64,000 bases of DNA, from contig NZ_OZ245846.1 in the NCBI RefSeq assembly GCF_965228935.1, positions 1,264,528 through 1,328,527 of the forward strand, read 5' to 3'. The DNA is from Ulvibacterium sp. GTDB taxonomy: Bacteria > Bacteroidota > Bacteroidia > Flavobacteriales > Flavobacteriaceae. Made by a program: the position numbers and the translations under genes. The notes beneath the pieces are model-generated. The model searched no databases. It was not told where the DNA came from and was given only the letters and a program-made list of their open reading frames with translations. The stretch's first letter is position 1; each line of letters begins with the position of its first letter. Positions 29,459 through 38,544 of the stretch are shown here, piece by piece.

Positions 29459-30175
29459 ATGGTAAATTTTTTTAAAAGACTGTTTAAAATAGGGGAGGCC
29501 GAAGCAAATGCCGTTATCGACAAGATGGAAGACCCTATTAAATTAACGGAGCAAGGTATACGGGATATGAAAGGCGATTTGGAGAAAAGCTTGGAATCTT
29601 TGGCACAGGTAAAGGCATTGGCCATACGTGCCAAGAACGATACTGAAGAGTTTTTGGCGAAAGCTGAGGATTATCAGCAAAAAGCAATGCTCATTCTTCA
29701 AAAAGGCCACAAAAATGAGATTGATGGTGCCGAGGCCGATCGTTTGGCCAAAGAAGCCCTTATCAAAAAGGAAGCAGCCAACCAACAAGCTGCCCGTAGT
29801 AAAAGCGATTCGGAAAAGTTTGATGGTTCGGTGGCCAAACTAGAGAAAAACGTACAGGAGATAAAACAGAACATCTCTCGTTGGGAGAACGAGTTGAAAA
29901 CGCTAAAGGCAAGGGTCAAGGTCTCTAAGGCCACCAAGAACCTGAACAAGCAAATGGCGGAAATAGACAGCTCCAGTACCGTTTCAATGTTGGAGCGTAT
30001 GAAGGAAAAAGTACAACAAGAAGAAGCCCTTGCCGAAGCCTATGGCGATATCGCAAACGCTTCCAAATCAATCGATGAAGAAATCGAAAAAGCCGCTGAT
30101 GTCTCGAACTCCAACGCCGATGCCGATTTGGCCAAGCTGAAAGAGCAACTGGGCATGAACGACAAGGAATCGTAA
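29459..30175 (+). CDS. pspA: PspA/IM30 (phage-shock protein A / Vipp1) family coiled-coil protein.
   Basis: N-terminus MVNFFKRLFKIGEAEANAVIDKMEDPIKLTEQGIRDMKGDL matches the PspA/IM30 signature. Long coiled-coil composition. Confidence 0.75.
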   Translation: MVNFFKRLFKIGEAEANAVIDKMEDPIKLTEQGIRDMKGDLEKSLESLAQVKALAIRAKNDTEEFLAKAEDYQQKAMLILQKGHKNEIDGAEADRLAKEALIKKEAANQQAARSKSDSEKFDGSVAKLEKNVQEIKQNISRWENELKTLKARVKVSKATKNLNKQMAEIDSSSTVSMLERMKEKVQQEEALAEAYGDIANASKSIDEEIEKAADVSNSNADADLAKLKEQLGMNDKES

Positions 30176-30221
30176 ATCACGACCACGACGTATACTATTA
30201 CACCTTAAACACCAACCAACT

Positions 30222-30932
30222 TTGGAAAACTACTTTGATATCATCTTTTCGCAGGTAAACATTACCTTAAGTGTATTGTTGATTATACTCATAATCTACT
30301 GGTTAATAACCATGATTAGCGGTATAGACTTCGACTTGGATGTGGATGTGGACGTCGATATAGATGCAGATGTTGATGTAGACATGGACACCGGTATTGA
30401 AGGAGGAAGCATGGACTTTTCTGATGTTGCCAATGCCGAGGTTGACCGTGAACATGTAGTAAATAAAGGTACTCGTAAACTTAAATGGTGGCAGATCATA
30501 TTGATTTATTTCAATTTTGTAGGTCTGCCGTTCATGTTCACGTTTACGTTCTGGATTTTTAATTGGTGGCTTATAAGTGTACTAACGACAATGCTTACAG
30601 TCAGCTATGATAATAGTTTCGGCTTTGTTATAGTGTTGTTGGCCATTGTTCCGTCATTAATACTTACCAAAATCTTAACGGCACCATTTAAATCCTTCTT
30701 TAAAAACCTTAATAAAGATGGGGATAAAGCGGTGGACTTTTTAGGAAGACAGGCAATACTTCTGTCCAATATTTCAGGAGAAAAACTGGGTAATGCCGAG
30801 GTGAATGTGGACGGAAACATTATGAATGTCTATGTGAAATCACTTGACGGATCGGAATTACGCTTTCGTGAAAGTGTACTCATCATCAAACAATCTGATG
30901 ACAAAAATTTCTTTTTTGTAAGTAAATCATAA
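30222..30932 (+). CDS. NfeD-like (YuaF/YqiJ-type) membrane protein with an acidic (D-x)n repeat and a C-terminal OB-fold.
   Basis: Transmembrane segments. C-terminal beta-rich domain GRQAILLSNISGEKLGNAEVNVDGNIMNVYVKS...LRFRESVLII. Lies immediately upstream of the flotillin gene, the classic NfeD-SPFH pairing. Confidence 0.6.
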   Translation: MENYFDIIFSQVNITLSVLLIILIIYWLITMISGIDFDLDVDVDVDIDADVDVDMDTGIEGGSMDFSDVANAEVDREHVVNKGTRKLKWWQIILIYFNFVGLPFMFTFTFWIFNWWLISVLTTMLTVSYDNSFGFVIVLLAIVPSLILTKILTAPFKSFFKNLNKDGDKAVDFLGRQAILLSNISGEKLGNAEVNVDGNIMNVYVKSLDGSELRFRESVLIIKQSDDKNFFFVSKS

Positions 30933-30967
30933 GTCAATTTAAACAACTAAAAAAATAAGTAACAACT

Positions 30968-33034
30968 ATGGAAGGAATCTTGCCTATCATCGTAACGGGA
31001 GTAGGGATACTGCTGTTTCTTATAATCGTATACTTTGCGATTATAGCCCTATTCTATAAAAAAGTACATCAAGGAGAAGCGCTGGTGCGTACCGGTTTTG
31101 GCGGCACCAAGGTCGCTACGGACAAAGGACTTTATGTAGTGCCTGTTTTTCACCGTGTTGAAGTTATGGATATCTCTGTAAAGAAAATCCAGATTGAGCG
31201 TATGGGTGTAGAAGGGCTAATCTGTAAAGATAATATGCGTGCAGATATTAAGGTAGCATTCTTTGTGCGTGTGAATAACGAGGTAGAGTTCATTAAAAAA
31301 GTGGCACAAACCATTGGTGTCGCACGTGCCTCTAGAAAAGAAACATTGGAAGACCTTTTTGAGGCAAAATTCTCGGAAGCATTAAAAACCGTAGGTAAAA
31401 AGTTTGAATTCACAGCGCTGTATGAAGCACGACGTGAATTCCGTGATGAGATTGTAGATATCATCGGCACGGATTTAAATGGATACACACTCGAAGACTG
31501 TGCTATTGATTACCTGGAACAAACAGCTGTATCCCATTTAAAACCGGACAACATCCTAGATGCTGAAGGTATTAAGAAGATTACCGACCTTACAGCCGCT
31601 CAAAACATCAAGGCAAACCTTATCAAAAGGGATGAGGAAAAAGTAATCCGAAAGCAAGATGTGGAAGCTAGGGAGGCTATTTTGGAATTAGATCGCCAGT
31701 TGGCTGAAAAGGAAGAGCAACAAAAGCGTGAGATAGCCAACATAAAGTCAAGGGAAGAGGCTGAAATTATCAAGGTTTCGGAAGAGGAAAAACTAAAGTC
31801 CGAGAGCGCGAGAATTGCTACGGAAGAAAAAATCCAAGTGGCTGAAGAGAACAAACAACGTCAAGTAGTGGTGGCCCAAAAAAACAAAGAACGTACCACG
31901 GCTGTTGAAACGGAACGTGTTGAAAAAGACCGAGCACTGGAAGCTACGGAGAGAGAACGAGTGGTAACCTTGGCACAGATTGAAAAAGACAAGGTGGTTG
32001 AAGTTGAGAAAAAGAACATCCAAGACGTGATTCGCGATCGTGTTATGTTGGAGAAAGGAGTTGTTGAAGAGCAAGAAAACATGAAAGATATTCAAGCCTT
32101 CAAGGGAGCTGACCGTGAAAAGCAAGTGAAAGTTACCTTGGCCGAAGCTGCTGCCCAAGAAGATTTGATCAAAACTTTGAAAGCCGCTGAAGCTCAAAAA
32201 GAGGCGGCAAAACAACAGGCCGAAGAGATTAACATAGAGGCCCAGGCCAAGAAAGAGGCCAGCGAAAAAGAAGCTGAAGCCCGAAAAACATTGGCAGAGG
32301 CCAGAGCTAAAGAGGAAGCGACTATTGGTTTATCAGAAGCTGAAGTAATGCACGCCAAAGCGGATGCCTCTGAAAGACAGGGTACGGTTGAAGCCTTGAT
32401 TATCGAGAAGAAAGCCAAGGCAGAAGCAACGGGTATAGAAGCCAAAGCCGAAGCTATTAAAAAAGAAGGGTTGGCCGAAGCTGAAGTTATAAAAGAGAAG
32501 GCCATTGCAGATGCAGCCGGTATCGAGGAGAAAGCCAATGCCATGAAGAAACTTGATGGTGTGGGCAAAGAGCACGAAGAGTTTAAACTAAGACTTGAAA
32601 AAGAACTACAAGTAGACCTCGCCCATATCAATATTCAAAAAGAGATTGCCGATGCCCAAGCAAGTGTACTATCAGAAGGATTGAAAGCAGCAAATATCGA
32701 TATCGTCGGTGGAGAATCCATGTTCTTTGACCAAATCGTAGGACAGATTACCCGCGCCAAAGGATTTGATCGTTTGGTACAGCATTCCGAACAAGTTCAA
32801 GACATCAAAGATGCCATCTTGGGCAGTGAAGATGTTGCCGGTAATTTACTTGACCGTATCAAAGAATTTGCCGTGCAGTATGATATTTCAAGCGAAGACT
32901 TGAAGAACTTATCCGTGGCCGGTTTGTTACTGCAACTTAAGAGCAAGACCACCAGCAACGAAGAGGGCAATATGTTCGACAACTTATTGAATCTTGCCAA
33001 AAGCTTGGGATTGGGCAATAAAAAACTGAAGTAA
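30968..33034 (+). CDS. Flotillin-like SPFH/band-7 protein (YqiK/FloT-like) with a long Ala/Glu/Lys-rich coiled-coil region.
   Basis: N-terminal transmembrane segment, then the SPFH core (YKKVHQGEALVRTGFGGTKV...). Extended EA/KA-rich repeats typical of flotillins. Confidence 0.75.
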   Translation: MEGILPIIVTGVGILLFLIIVYFAIIALFYKKVHQGEALVRTGFGGTKVATDKGLYVVPVFHRVEVMDISVKKIQIERMGVEGLICKDNMRADIKVAFFVRVNNEVEFIKKVAQTIGVARASRKETLEDLFEAKFSEALKTVGKKFEFTALYEARREFRDEIVDIIGTDLNGYTLEDCAIDYLEQTAVSHLKPDNILDAEGIKKITDLTAAQNIKANLIKRDEEKVIRKQDVEAREAILELDRQLAEKEEQQKREIANIKSREEAEIIKVSEEEKLKSESARIATEEKIQVAEENKQRQVVVAQKNKERTTAVETERVEKDRALEATERERVVTLAQIEKDKVVEVEKKNIQDVIRDRVMLEKGVVEEQENMKDIQAFKGADREKQVKVTLAEAAAQEDLIKTLKAAEAQKEAAKQQAEEINIEAQAKKEASEKEAEARKTLAEARAKEEATIGLSEAEVMHAKADASERQGTVEALIIEKKAKAEATGIEAKAEAIKKEGLAEAEVIKEKAIADAAGIEEKANAMKKLDGVGKEHEEFKLRLEKELQVDLAHINIQKEIADAQASVLSEGLKAANIDIVGGESMFFDQIVGQITRAKGFDRLVQHSEQVQDIKDAILGSEDVAGNLLDRIKEFAVQYDISSEDLKNLSVAGLLLQLKSKTTSNEEGNMFDNLLNLAKSLGLGNKKLK

Positions 33035-33085
33035 TAAGGAAATAGGCTCCAACTCACATTTTGGTTGTGAGCCTAAATTCCTCTA

Positions 33086-33424
33086 TTGAACTATCATACA
33101 ATGTTCAAAAGATTTTCACAATGGTTTTTCGGTATTGATGACGCTCAAAAAGAGAGAAATCCCATCAAAGAAATTCACCTAGAAAAAGGAAGAATTGAAA
33201 TAATCGTCATGCCAGACCTTGGATATGGCAAGGAATATAAAATTACCAAGTGGCATGTGCAACCTGGGCAATTGATCAAAACCGGTGATGTGGTCTGTGA
33301 TTTAGAGAACAGAACGATTTTGATGGAGTTTGAAAGCATCTACGGCGGTCGTGTATTACCGATTGTACAGTTAGACCAAAAACTTAAAGTGGGTGATGCA
33401 ATCTTTAAAATCGAAGGGGTTTAA
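33086..33424 (+). CDS. Small biotinyl/lipoyl-like (hybrid-barrel) domain protein.
   Basis: KITKWHVQPGQLIKTGDVVCDLENRTILMEFESIYGGRV resembles a lipoyl/biotin-attachment barrel fold. A candidate attachment Lys sits in KITKW, but no canonical (A/V)MKM attachment motif is present. Confidence 0.35.
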   Translation: MNYHTMFKRFSQWFFGIDDAQKERNPIKEIHLEKGRIEIIVMPDLGYGKEYKITKWHVQPGQLIKTGDVVCDLENRTILMEFESIYGGRVLPIVQLDQKLKVGDAIFKIEGV

Positions 33425-36400
33425 GATAAAAGCAGGAAGAAAAACAGGCCGTTGGAGGCGCACATCAATTAATCAAATAAAATCAATGCAGGAAGAAAAA
33501 CAAGATACTCCCAGCACTACCATACTTGATGATGGCACCTATGAAATCATCCAAGGACGATTAAAGGAACAGAAAAACGACTTACAGGTACGACTCAATC
33601 GACTGAACGACGGCCGGAAAGAGGTCTTTGGAAGCGTGGTTACCAAATTGATCGCGAACAAAAGAATCAATACCGAGAATAATTGTATCGCAAGGGATAT
33701 CATTACCATTGGAGAATACAGCATTTTGGGTTACAATGTGCATTTCGGGCTTCGTACCAATATCAAACTCGAAGATGTTTTTGGTATCTATAAGTATCAG
33801 GAAGGGAATTTCATCCCTCGGCCACTCGATTTGATCAGCGATGAAGTATTTATAAATGATTTTGTAAACCTCTATAAGTATTACCGCAATACCATTTTTG
33901 CCAAGTTCGCCATGGTCGGGAACTATCTGCATATGGTCTTTCAATTGAGTGATAGCATCTCGGATATCAAAACCTTTAAATGGTTGGTCAATGACGGTAC
34001 CTTGAAGTACCAGAATAATCGCAGTGAACATGAATTTAAAATACCGCCGCAGCATGAATTCAATTGGACAGAAACCAATCGGGATATGCAGCGGTATGGT
34101 GAACATCCTCATGTTTCTATTCTGGAAAAGGTGTTTGTTGAGACCATAGGGGGAGACCTTACCATTAAAATTGAAGACAATACGGACGAAGGGCTTGGTA
34201 TTTTTAAGGAAGATGTTCTTCATAAAGACCAGACCTTGGATGACGGGAAGTTCAGATATGCCGAAATCGGCAACCTGATTGCCATTGAAATTAAGCCTTT
34301 TCAGGAAGAATCGCGATATTTTGTATACAACCACAAGATACAGGAAGTAAAGAAAATACCTAGTATTAAAGACGCTTGCTTGCAACTTCCCAATGACCAA
34401 GGGGTCATTTACCCTAACGGTTATTATCTTCAATCTGGCACCTTTAAATTGTTTGACAATGATTTAGGAAAGGTGCAGTTTCAGGAAAAAATCAGTTCCC
34501 CTAATGGAGAAGATTTCCTTTATGTGTTTTATGAAAGCAAAGAAGGATTGTACGTGTTGATGTCCTATAATGTTATCGAGCAAGAGGTAAAGACTCCGAT
34601 TATCTGTAACGGATTCACACTTTTAAAAGATGGGGAACTTTGTTATTTCAAAACGGACAACGAACAGACCAAGCATCATGTTGTCCAAATATGGCAGACC
34701 ACTTTTATGAAAAGTACTGGCATTCCATCGGAACATACCGACACCTTACTCTATAAAATTGGCAATAAGGATATTGTTGAGGCTATGGCGGAGTGTCAGT
34801 CACTCATAACATTATTAAATAAGGAGGATAGTTATGGAGGCTTATATGATGATTTGGTCAAGTTTTCAACTGATATTCTCGACAGTTACTATTGGATCCA
34901 CGAAGAAGAAGCCCATCAGCTCAACCTGCCCCTTACCGCTATCAATGAAACGGCCAATGCGGCGATCGATGAATTTGAAAAGGTCGTTCAACTGAGGAAA
35001 ACGGCGGCAACCACCACAAAGGCGACCCAGGAAACGGCGGAAGAGATTTCCGGAAAAATAAAGAGCAGTTCCTTTAAATCTATCGATGATTTTGTCCGGA
35101 TTTTATCAAAGCTACGTTCATTTCGAGGAGAGGTCATCGGATTGAAAGAAGTACGGTATGTGGACCTTTCCTTTATCGATGCGCTTGAACAAGAGATTGC
35201 CGAACAAACCGAAAAAGTCTCCCAACGTTGCGTTCTTTTTTTGATAGACGATAAAGCGCTAGCACCCTATCAAGAACGTGTTGCCGAAAAGCAAGGCCTG
35301 CTTGATAAAGTGGCAAAAGTGGTTGAAACAAAGCAACTTCAGGATGAAGTCGGCCAGATCGCGGTAGACCTTGAAATGTTGATTGAGATCGTTTCGAATC
35401 TAAAGATTGAGGATACTTCGCAGACCACGAAAATCATTGATAACATCTCTTTGATCTTCGCTTCGATCAACCAGTTGAAAGCAGCTATTAAAAATAAGAT
35501 CAATTCACTTTCGGTGGAGGAATCAGGGGCCGAATTCGTAGCCCAACTGAAGCTGGTCGATCAAAGTGTGATCAACTACCTCGATGTTTCGAATACCCCT
35601 GAAAAGACCGATGAGTTGTTGAACAAAGTGGCCCTGCAATTAGAAGACTTGGAAGGCAGGTTTGCCGATTTCGAGGATTTTATTTCCCAAATTATTGAAA
35701 AGAGAGAGGAAGTATATAATGCTTTTGAAAATAGAAAGACGGCGTTGATTGAGGCTAGAAACAAACGAACCGTAGCTTTGGAAAACTCGGCGAACAGAAT
35801 TTTAAAGGGCGTACTCAAGAAATCACTCACTTTTGATAACCTAAACGACATCAACGGTTACTTTGCCGGTGATTTAATGGTCAGTAAGATTCGCGATATC
35901 GTTCAGCAGCTCTTGGAGCTGGAAGATTCAGGAAAGGCCGAGGCCATTGAAACCGCGGTTAAAGTAGCCAAGGAAGACGCCATAAGAAAACTAAAGGACA
36001 AGCAAGACCTATATGAAGATGGTGAGAACATCATCAAATTGGGCAAACATAAATTCGGGGTCAATAAGCAGGCCCTGGATCTTACCATCGTATACAAAGA
36101 TGAAGGGCTGTATTATCATTTGACAGGCACGGACTTTTATCAAGAAATCGAAAACGATATCCTTACCCGATCACAAGCGTATTGGAATCAAGAACTAGTT
36201 TCCGAAAATGAAACGGTGTATCGGGCCGCTTACTTGGCGTATAAGATTTTCAAAAGGGAAGACAAAACCTATTTGCATGACTTGTCGAATGCTGCTCTCA
36301 AGAAACTAGTGACCGAGGAAACGAGCAAGAATTATGCGGAAGGCTATGTAAAGGGAGTTCATGACGAAGACGCCCAAAAAATATTACAAAAACTCGTATC

Positions 36401-38369
36401 AAAACACCATGATCTAGGGGTTTTGACCTATCCGCCTAAGATTCGTGCATTTGCCCAATACTTTTGGCAGACCTTGAAGAGTGCTGAAATCGGCCACTGG
36501 AACGGAAGACTTAAAAACGCCGGACAGGTAGTAAAGACATTTCCGAATAGCACCGCCCACAAAAAAGTTGTCGCCCAATTAGCTGAGGCGATCTCTGACT
36601 TCGCCGAAGAGAACCAGGTGTTCGATACATCCTGTAGCCATGACATTGCCCAATATCTTTTTGAGGAAATCAAAGACCATAATGATTTTGTGATCAGTCA
36701 TACCGCCCAAGAACTGTATGGGCAATTTGCCAAGAAATTGAAGGGCAAAAAGTTGTACTCGAAAGTAAAGGAAAAGGTGGCAATCGACCCGCATACCGAA
36801 ATGGATGACCATCAGGAGCGAATTGCATTGGCCTGGCAATGGGTCAAAGCCTATCTTGGCGATGGTTCAGAACAACAACAGCAGTATTTACACGAAGTTT
36901 GTTGTTTATTCCTATTCCCAAATGGCACAAGGACCATTGCTACTACCCCTGAAGAGGATATTACCCAAATGAAAGGGAGTCATGCGAGCTTGATCGAGGG
37001 GGTTTTTGCTTTTAAATACCACAAGTTCGTTGCCACCCTTGAGCATTTCAATTCCTATGAAGTTAAGGCGTTCAATGCGTTTACCAAGGCAAAACATGAA
37101 TTGACAGAGCAGGTGAAGTCCGATTTAAAACTCGATGGGTTCAAGCCTAGGGTATTGTCGTCCTTTGTAAGGAATAAATTGATCGATCAAGTCTATTTTC
37201 CATTGATCGGGGATAATCTGGCAAAGCAATTGGGAAGCGCCGGCGAGAACAAACGCACCGATAGAATGGGGATGCTACTTCTCATTTCCCCCCCGGGATA
37301 CGGTAAGACTACCCTTATGGAGTACATGGCAAACCGCTTGGGGTTGATCTTTATGAAGATTAACGGTCCTGCTATTGGGCATGAAGTTACTTCGGTCGAC
37401 CCCAATACCGCGACGAATTCGGCAGCAAAGGAAGAGTTGAAGAAGCTCAATTTGGCCTTTGAGATGGGTAATAATGTTATGTTGTATCTGGATGACATCC
37501 AGCATTGCAATACGGAGTTCTTGCAGAAATTCATTTCTTTGGCCGACGGAACAAGAAAGATCGAGGGTATTTATAACGGGGTAGCTAAAACCTACGATTT
37601 ACGAGCCAAGAAGTTTTGTGTGATCATGGCCGGAAACCCTTATACCGAAAGCGGGGATAAGTTTCAAATCCCTGATATGTTGGCCAACCGGGCCGATATC
37701 TACAACTTAGGCGATATTATCGGCGACACCGCAGATTTGTTCGAACTTAGCTTGATTGAAAACGCGTTGACATCCAACCCTATCTTACAGCAGCTAAGCA
37801 GTAAGTCGTTTGAGGATGTCTACCAATTGATTCATATGGTTGTTAGTAAAACCGAAGACACCTCTTTGCTCAAAGGGAATCATACCCGTCAAGAGATTCA
37901 AGACTATTTGGCTGTTTTGGATAAAGTAGTACGCGTAAGAAATACGGTATTACAGGTGAATGGAACTTATATCAAATCAGCAGCCATGGAAGATGCCTAT
38001 CGAACAGAACCTTCTTTTAAACTACAAGGTTCGTACCGTGACATGAACAAGTTGGTGGCGAAAATTGTTCCTATCATGAATGGTGACGAATTGGAAACCT
38101 TGTTGCTGTCCCATTATGAAAACGAGTCCCAAACGCTGACCAGTGCGGCCGAGGCCAACCTGCTGAAGTATAAAGAGCTCACACAGTCGTTGTCTAAAGA
38201 AGAACAGGCACGATGGAAATCCATTAAGGAAACTTTTGTGGAAAAAAACAAAATGAAAGGACTGGGAAATCAAGCTGCAATGTTCCAATTATTGGGGCAG
38301 GTATCGGAGTTTAATAAGCACTTGGAAGGGATTCAACAAGCTTTGCAAGAGCAAGTGAAAGGGAAATGA
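33393..38369 (+). CDS. Giant (about 1630-1658 aa) protein with a C-terminal MoxR/AAA_5-like AAA+ ATPase module. The start is ambiguous (an alternative Met lies at about 33486).
   Basis: Walker A LLLISPPGYGKTTLMEY. Walker B VMLYLDDIQH. Sensor region AGNPYTESGDKFQIPDMLANRADIYNL. About 1200 aa of N-terminal sequence is unassigned. Confidence 0.7.
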   Translation: MMQSLKSKGFKIKAGRKTGRWRRTSINQIKSMQEEKQDTPSTTILDDGTYEIIQGRLKEQKNDLQVRLNRLNDGRKEVFGSVVTKLIANKRINTENNCIARDIITIGEYSILGYNVHFGLRTNIKLEDVFGIYKYQEGNFIPRPLDLISDEVFINDFVNLYKYYRNTIFAKFAMVGNYLHMVFQLSDSISDIKTFKWLVNDGTLKYQNNRSEHEFKIPPQHEFNWTETNRDMQRYGEHPHVSILEKVFVETIGGDLTIKIEDNTDEGLGIFKEDVLHKDQTLDDGKFRYAEIGNLIAIEIKPFQEESRYFVYNHKIQEVKKIPSIKDACLQLPNDQGVIYPNGYYLQSGTFKLFDNDLGKVQFQEKISSPNGEDFLYVFYESKEGLYVLMSYNVIEQEVKTPIICNGFTLLKDGELCYFKTDNEQTKHHVVQIWQTTFMKSTGIPSEHTDTLLYKIGNKDIVEAMAECQSLITLLNKEDSYGGLYDDLVKFSTDILDSYYWIHEEEAHQLNLPLTAINETANAAIDEFEKVVQLRKTAATTTKATQETAEEISGKIKSSSFKSIDDFVRILSKLRSFRGEVIGLKEVRYVDLSFIDALEQEIAEQTEKVSQRCVLFLIDDKALAPYQERVAEKQGLLDKVAKVVETKQLQDEVGQIAVDLEMLIEIVSNLKIEDTSQTTKIIDNISLIFASINQLKAAIKNKINSLSVEESGAEFVAQLKLVDQSVINYLDVSNTPEKTDELLNKVALQLEDLEGRFADFEDFISQIIEKREEVYNAFENRKTALIEARNKRTVALENSANRILKGVLKKSLTFDNLNDINGYFAGDLMVSKIRDIVQQLLELEDSGKAEAIETAVKVAKEDAIRKLKDKQDLYEDGENIIKLGKHKFGVNKQALDLTIVYKDEGLYYHLTGTDFYQEIENDILTRSQAYWNQELVSENETVYRAAYLAYKIFKREDKTYLHDLSNAALKKLVTEETSKNYAEGYVKGVHDEDAQKILQKLVSKHHDLGVLTYPPKIRAFAQYFWQTLKSAEIGHWNGRLKNAGQVVKTFPNSTAHKKVVAQLAEAISDFAEENQVFDTSCSHDIAQYLFEEIKDHNDFVISHTAQELYGQFAKKLKGKKLYSKVKEKVAIDPHTEMDDHQERIALAWQWVKAYLGDGSEQQQQYLHEVCCLFLFPNGTRTIATTPEEDITQMKGSHASLIEGVFAFKYHKFVATLEHFNSYEVKAFNAFTKAKHELTEQVKSDLKLDGFKPRVLSSFVRNKLIDQVYFPLIGDNLAKQLGSAGENKRTDRMGMLLLISPPGYGKTTLMEYMANRLGLIFMKINGPAIGHEVTSVDPNTATNSAAKEELKKLNLAFEMGNNVMLYLDDIQHCNTEFLQKFISLADGTRKIEGIYNGVAKTYDLRAKKFCVIMAGNPYTESGDKFQIPDMLANRADIYNLGDIIGDTADLFELSLIENALTSNPILQQLSSKSFEDVYQLIHMVVSKTEDTSLLKGNHTRQEIQDYLAVLDKVVRVRNTVLQVNGTYIKSAAMEDAYRTEPSFKLQGSYRDMNKLVAKIVPIMNGDELETLLLSHYENESQTLTSAAEANLLKYKELTQSLSKEEQARWKSIKETFVEKNKMKGLGNQAAMFQLLGQVSEFNKHLEGIQQALQEQVKGK

Positions 38370-38400
38370 GCACGCGGGTATTAAGTTACCTTTTTGGGAA
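38225..38400 (+). repeat. Intact copy of the roughly 150-170-bp repeat (3-prime end of the giant AAA gene plus flank) that is duplicated at 24898-25075.
   Basis: Direct comparison of the two segments in the sequence. Confidence 0.75.
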
Positions 38401-38544
38401 AATCCAACTTTAGTCTGATGATGCTTTCTTCTGTACTTATCTGACAAATCTAATTTAAAGTTTAAACCAATTTATTAAGGTTGTCGGATTAAGTCTTAAC
38501 CATCAAATATTAAAATACCACAACTAAAAGATTTCCTGTTCAAG

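Noticed and set aside
31150-32631. Several 73-145-aa minus-strand ORFs inside the flotillin gene.
   Set aside because: Low-complexity Ser/Ala-rich translations of the antisense strand of the EA/KA-rich coiled-coil region. These are spurious.
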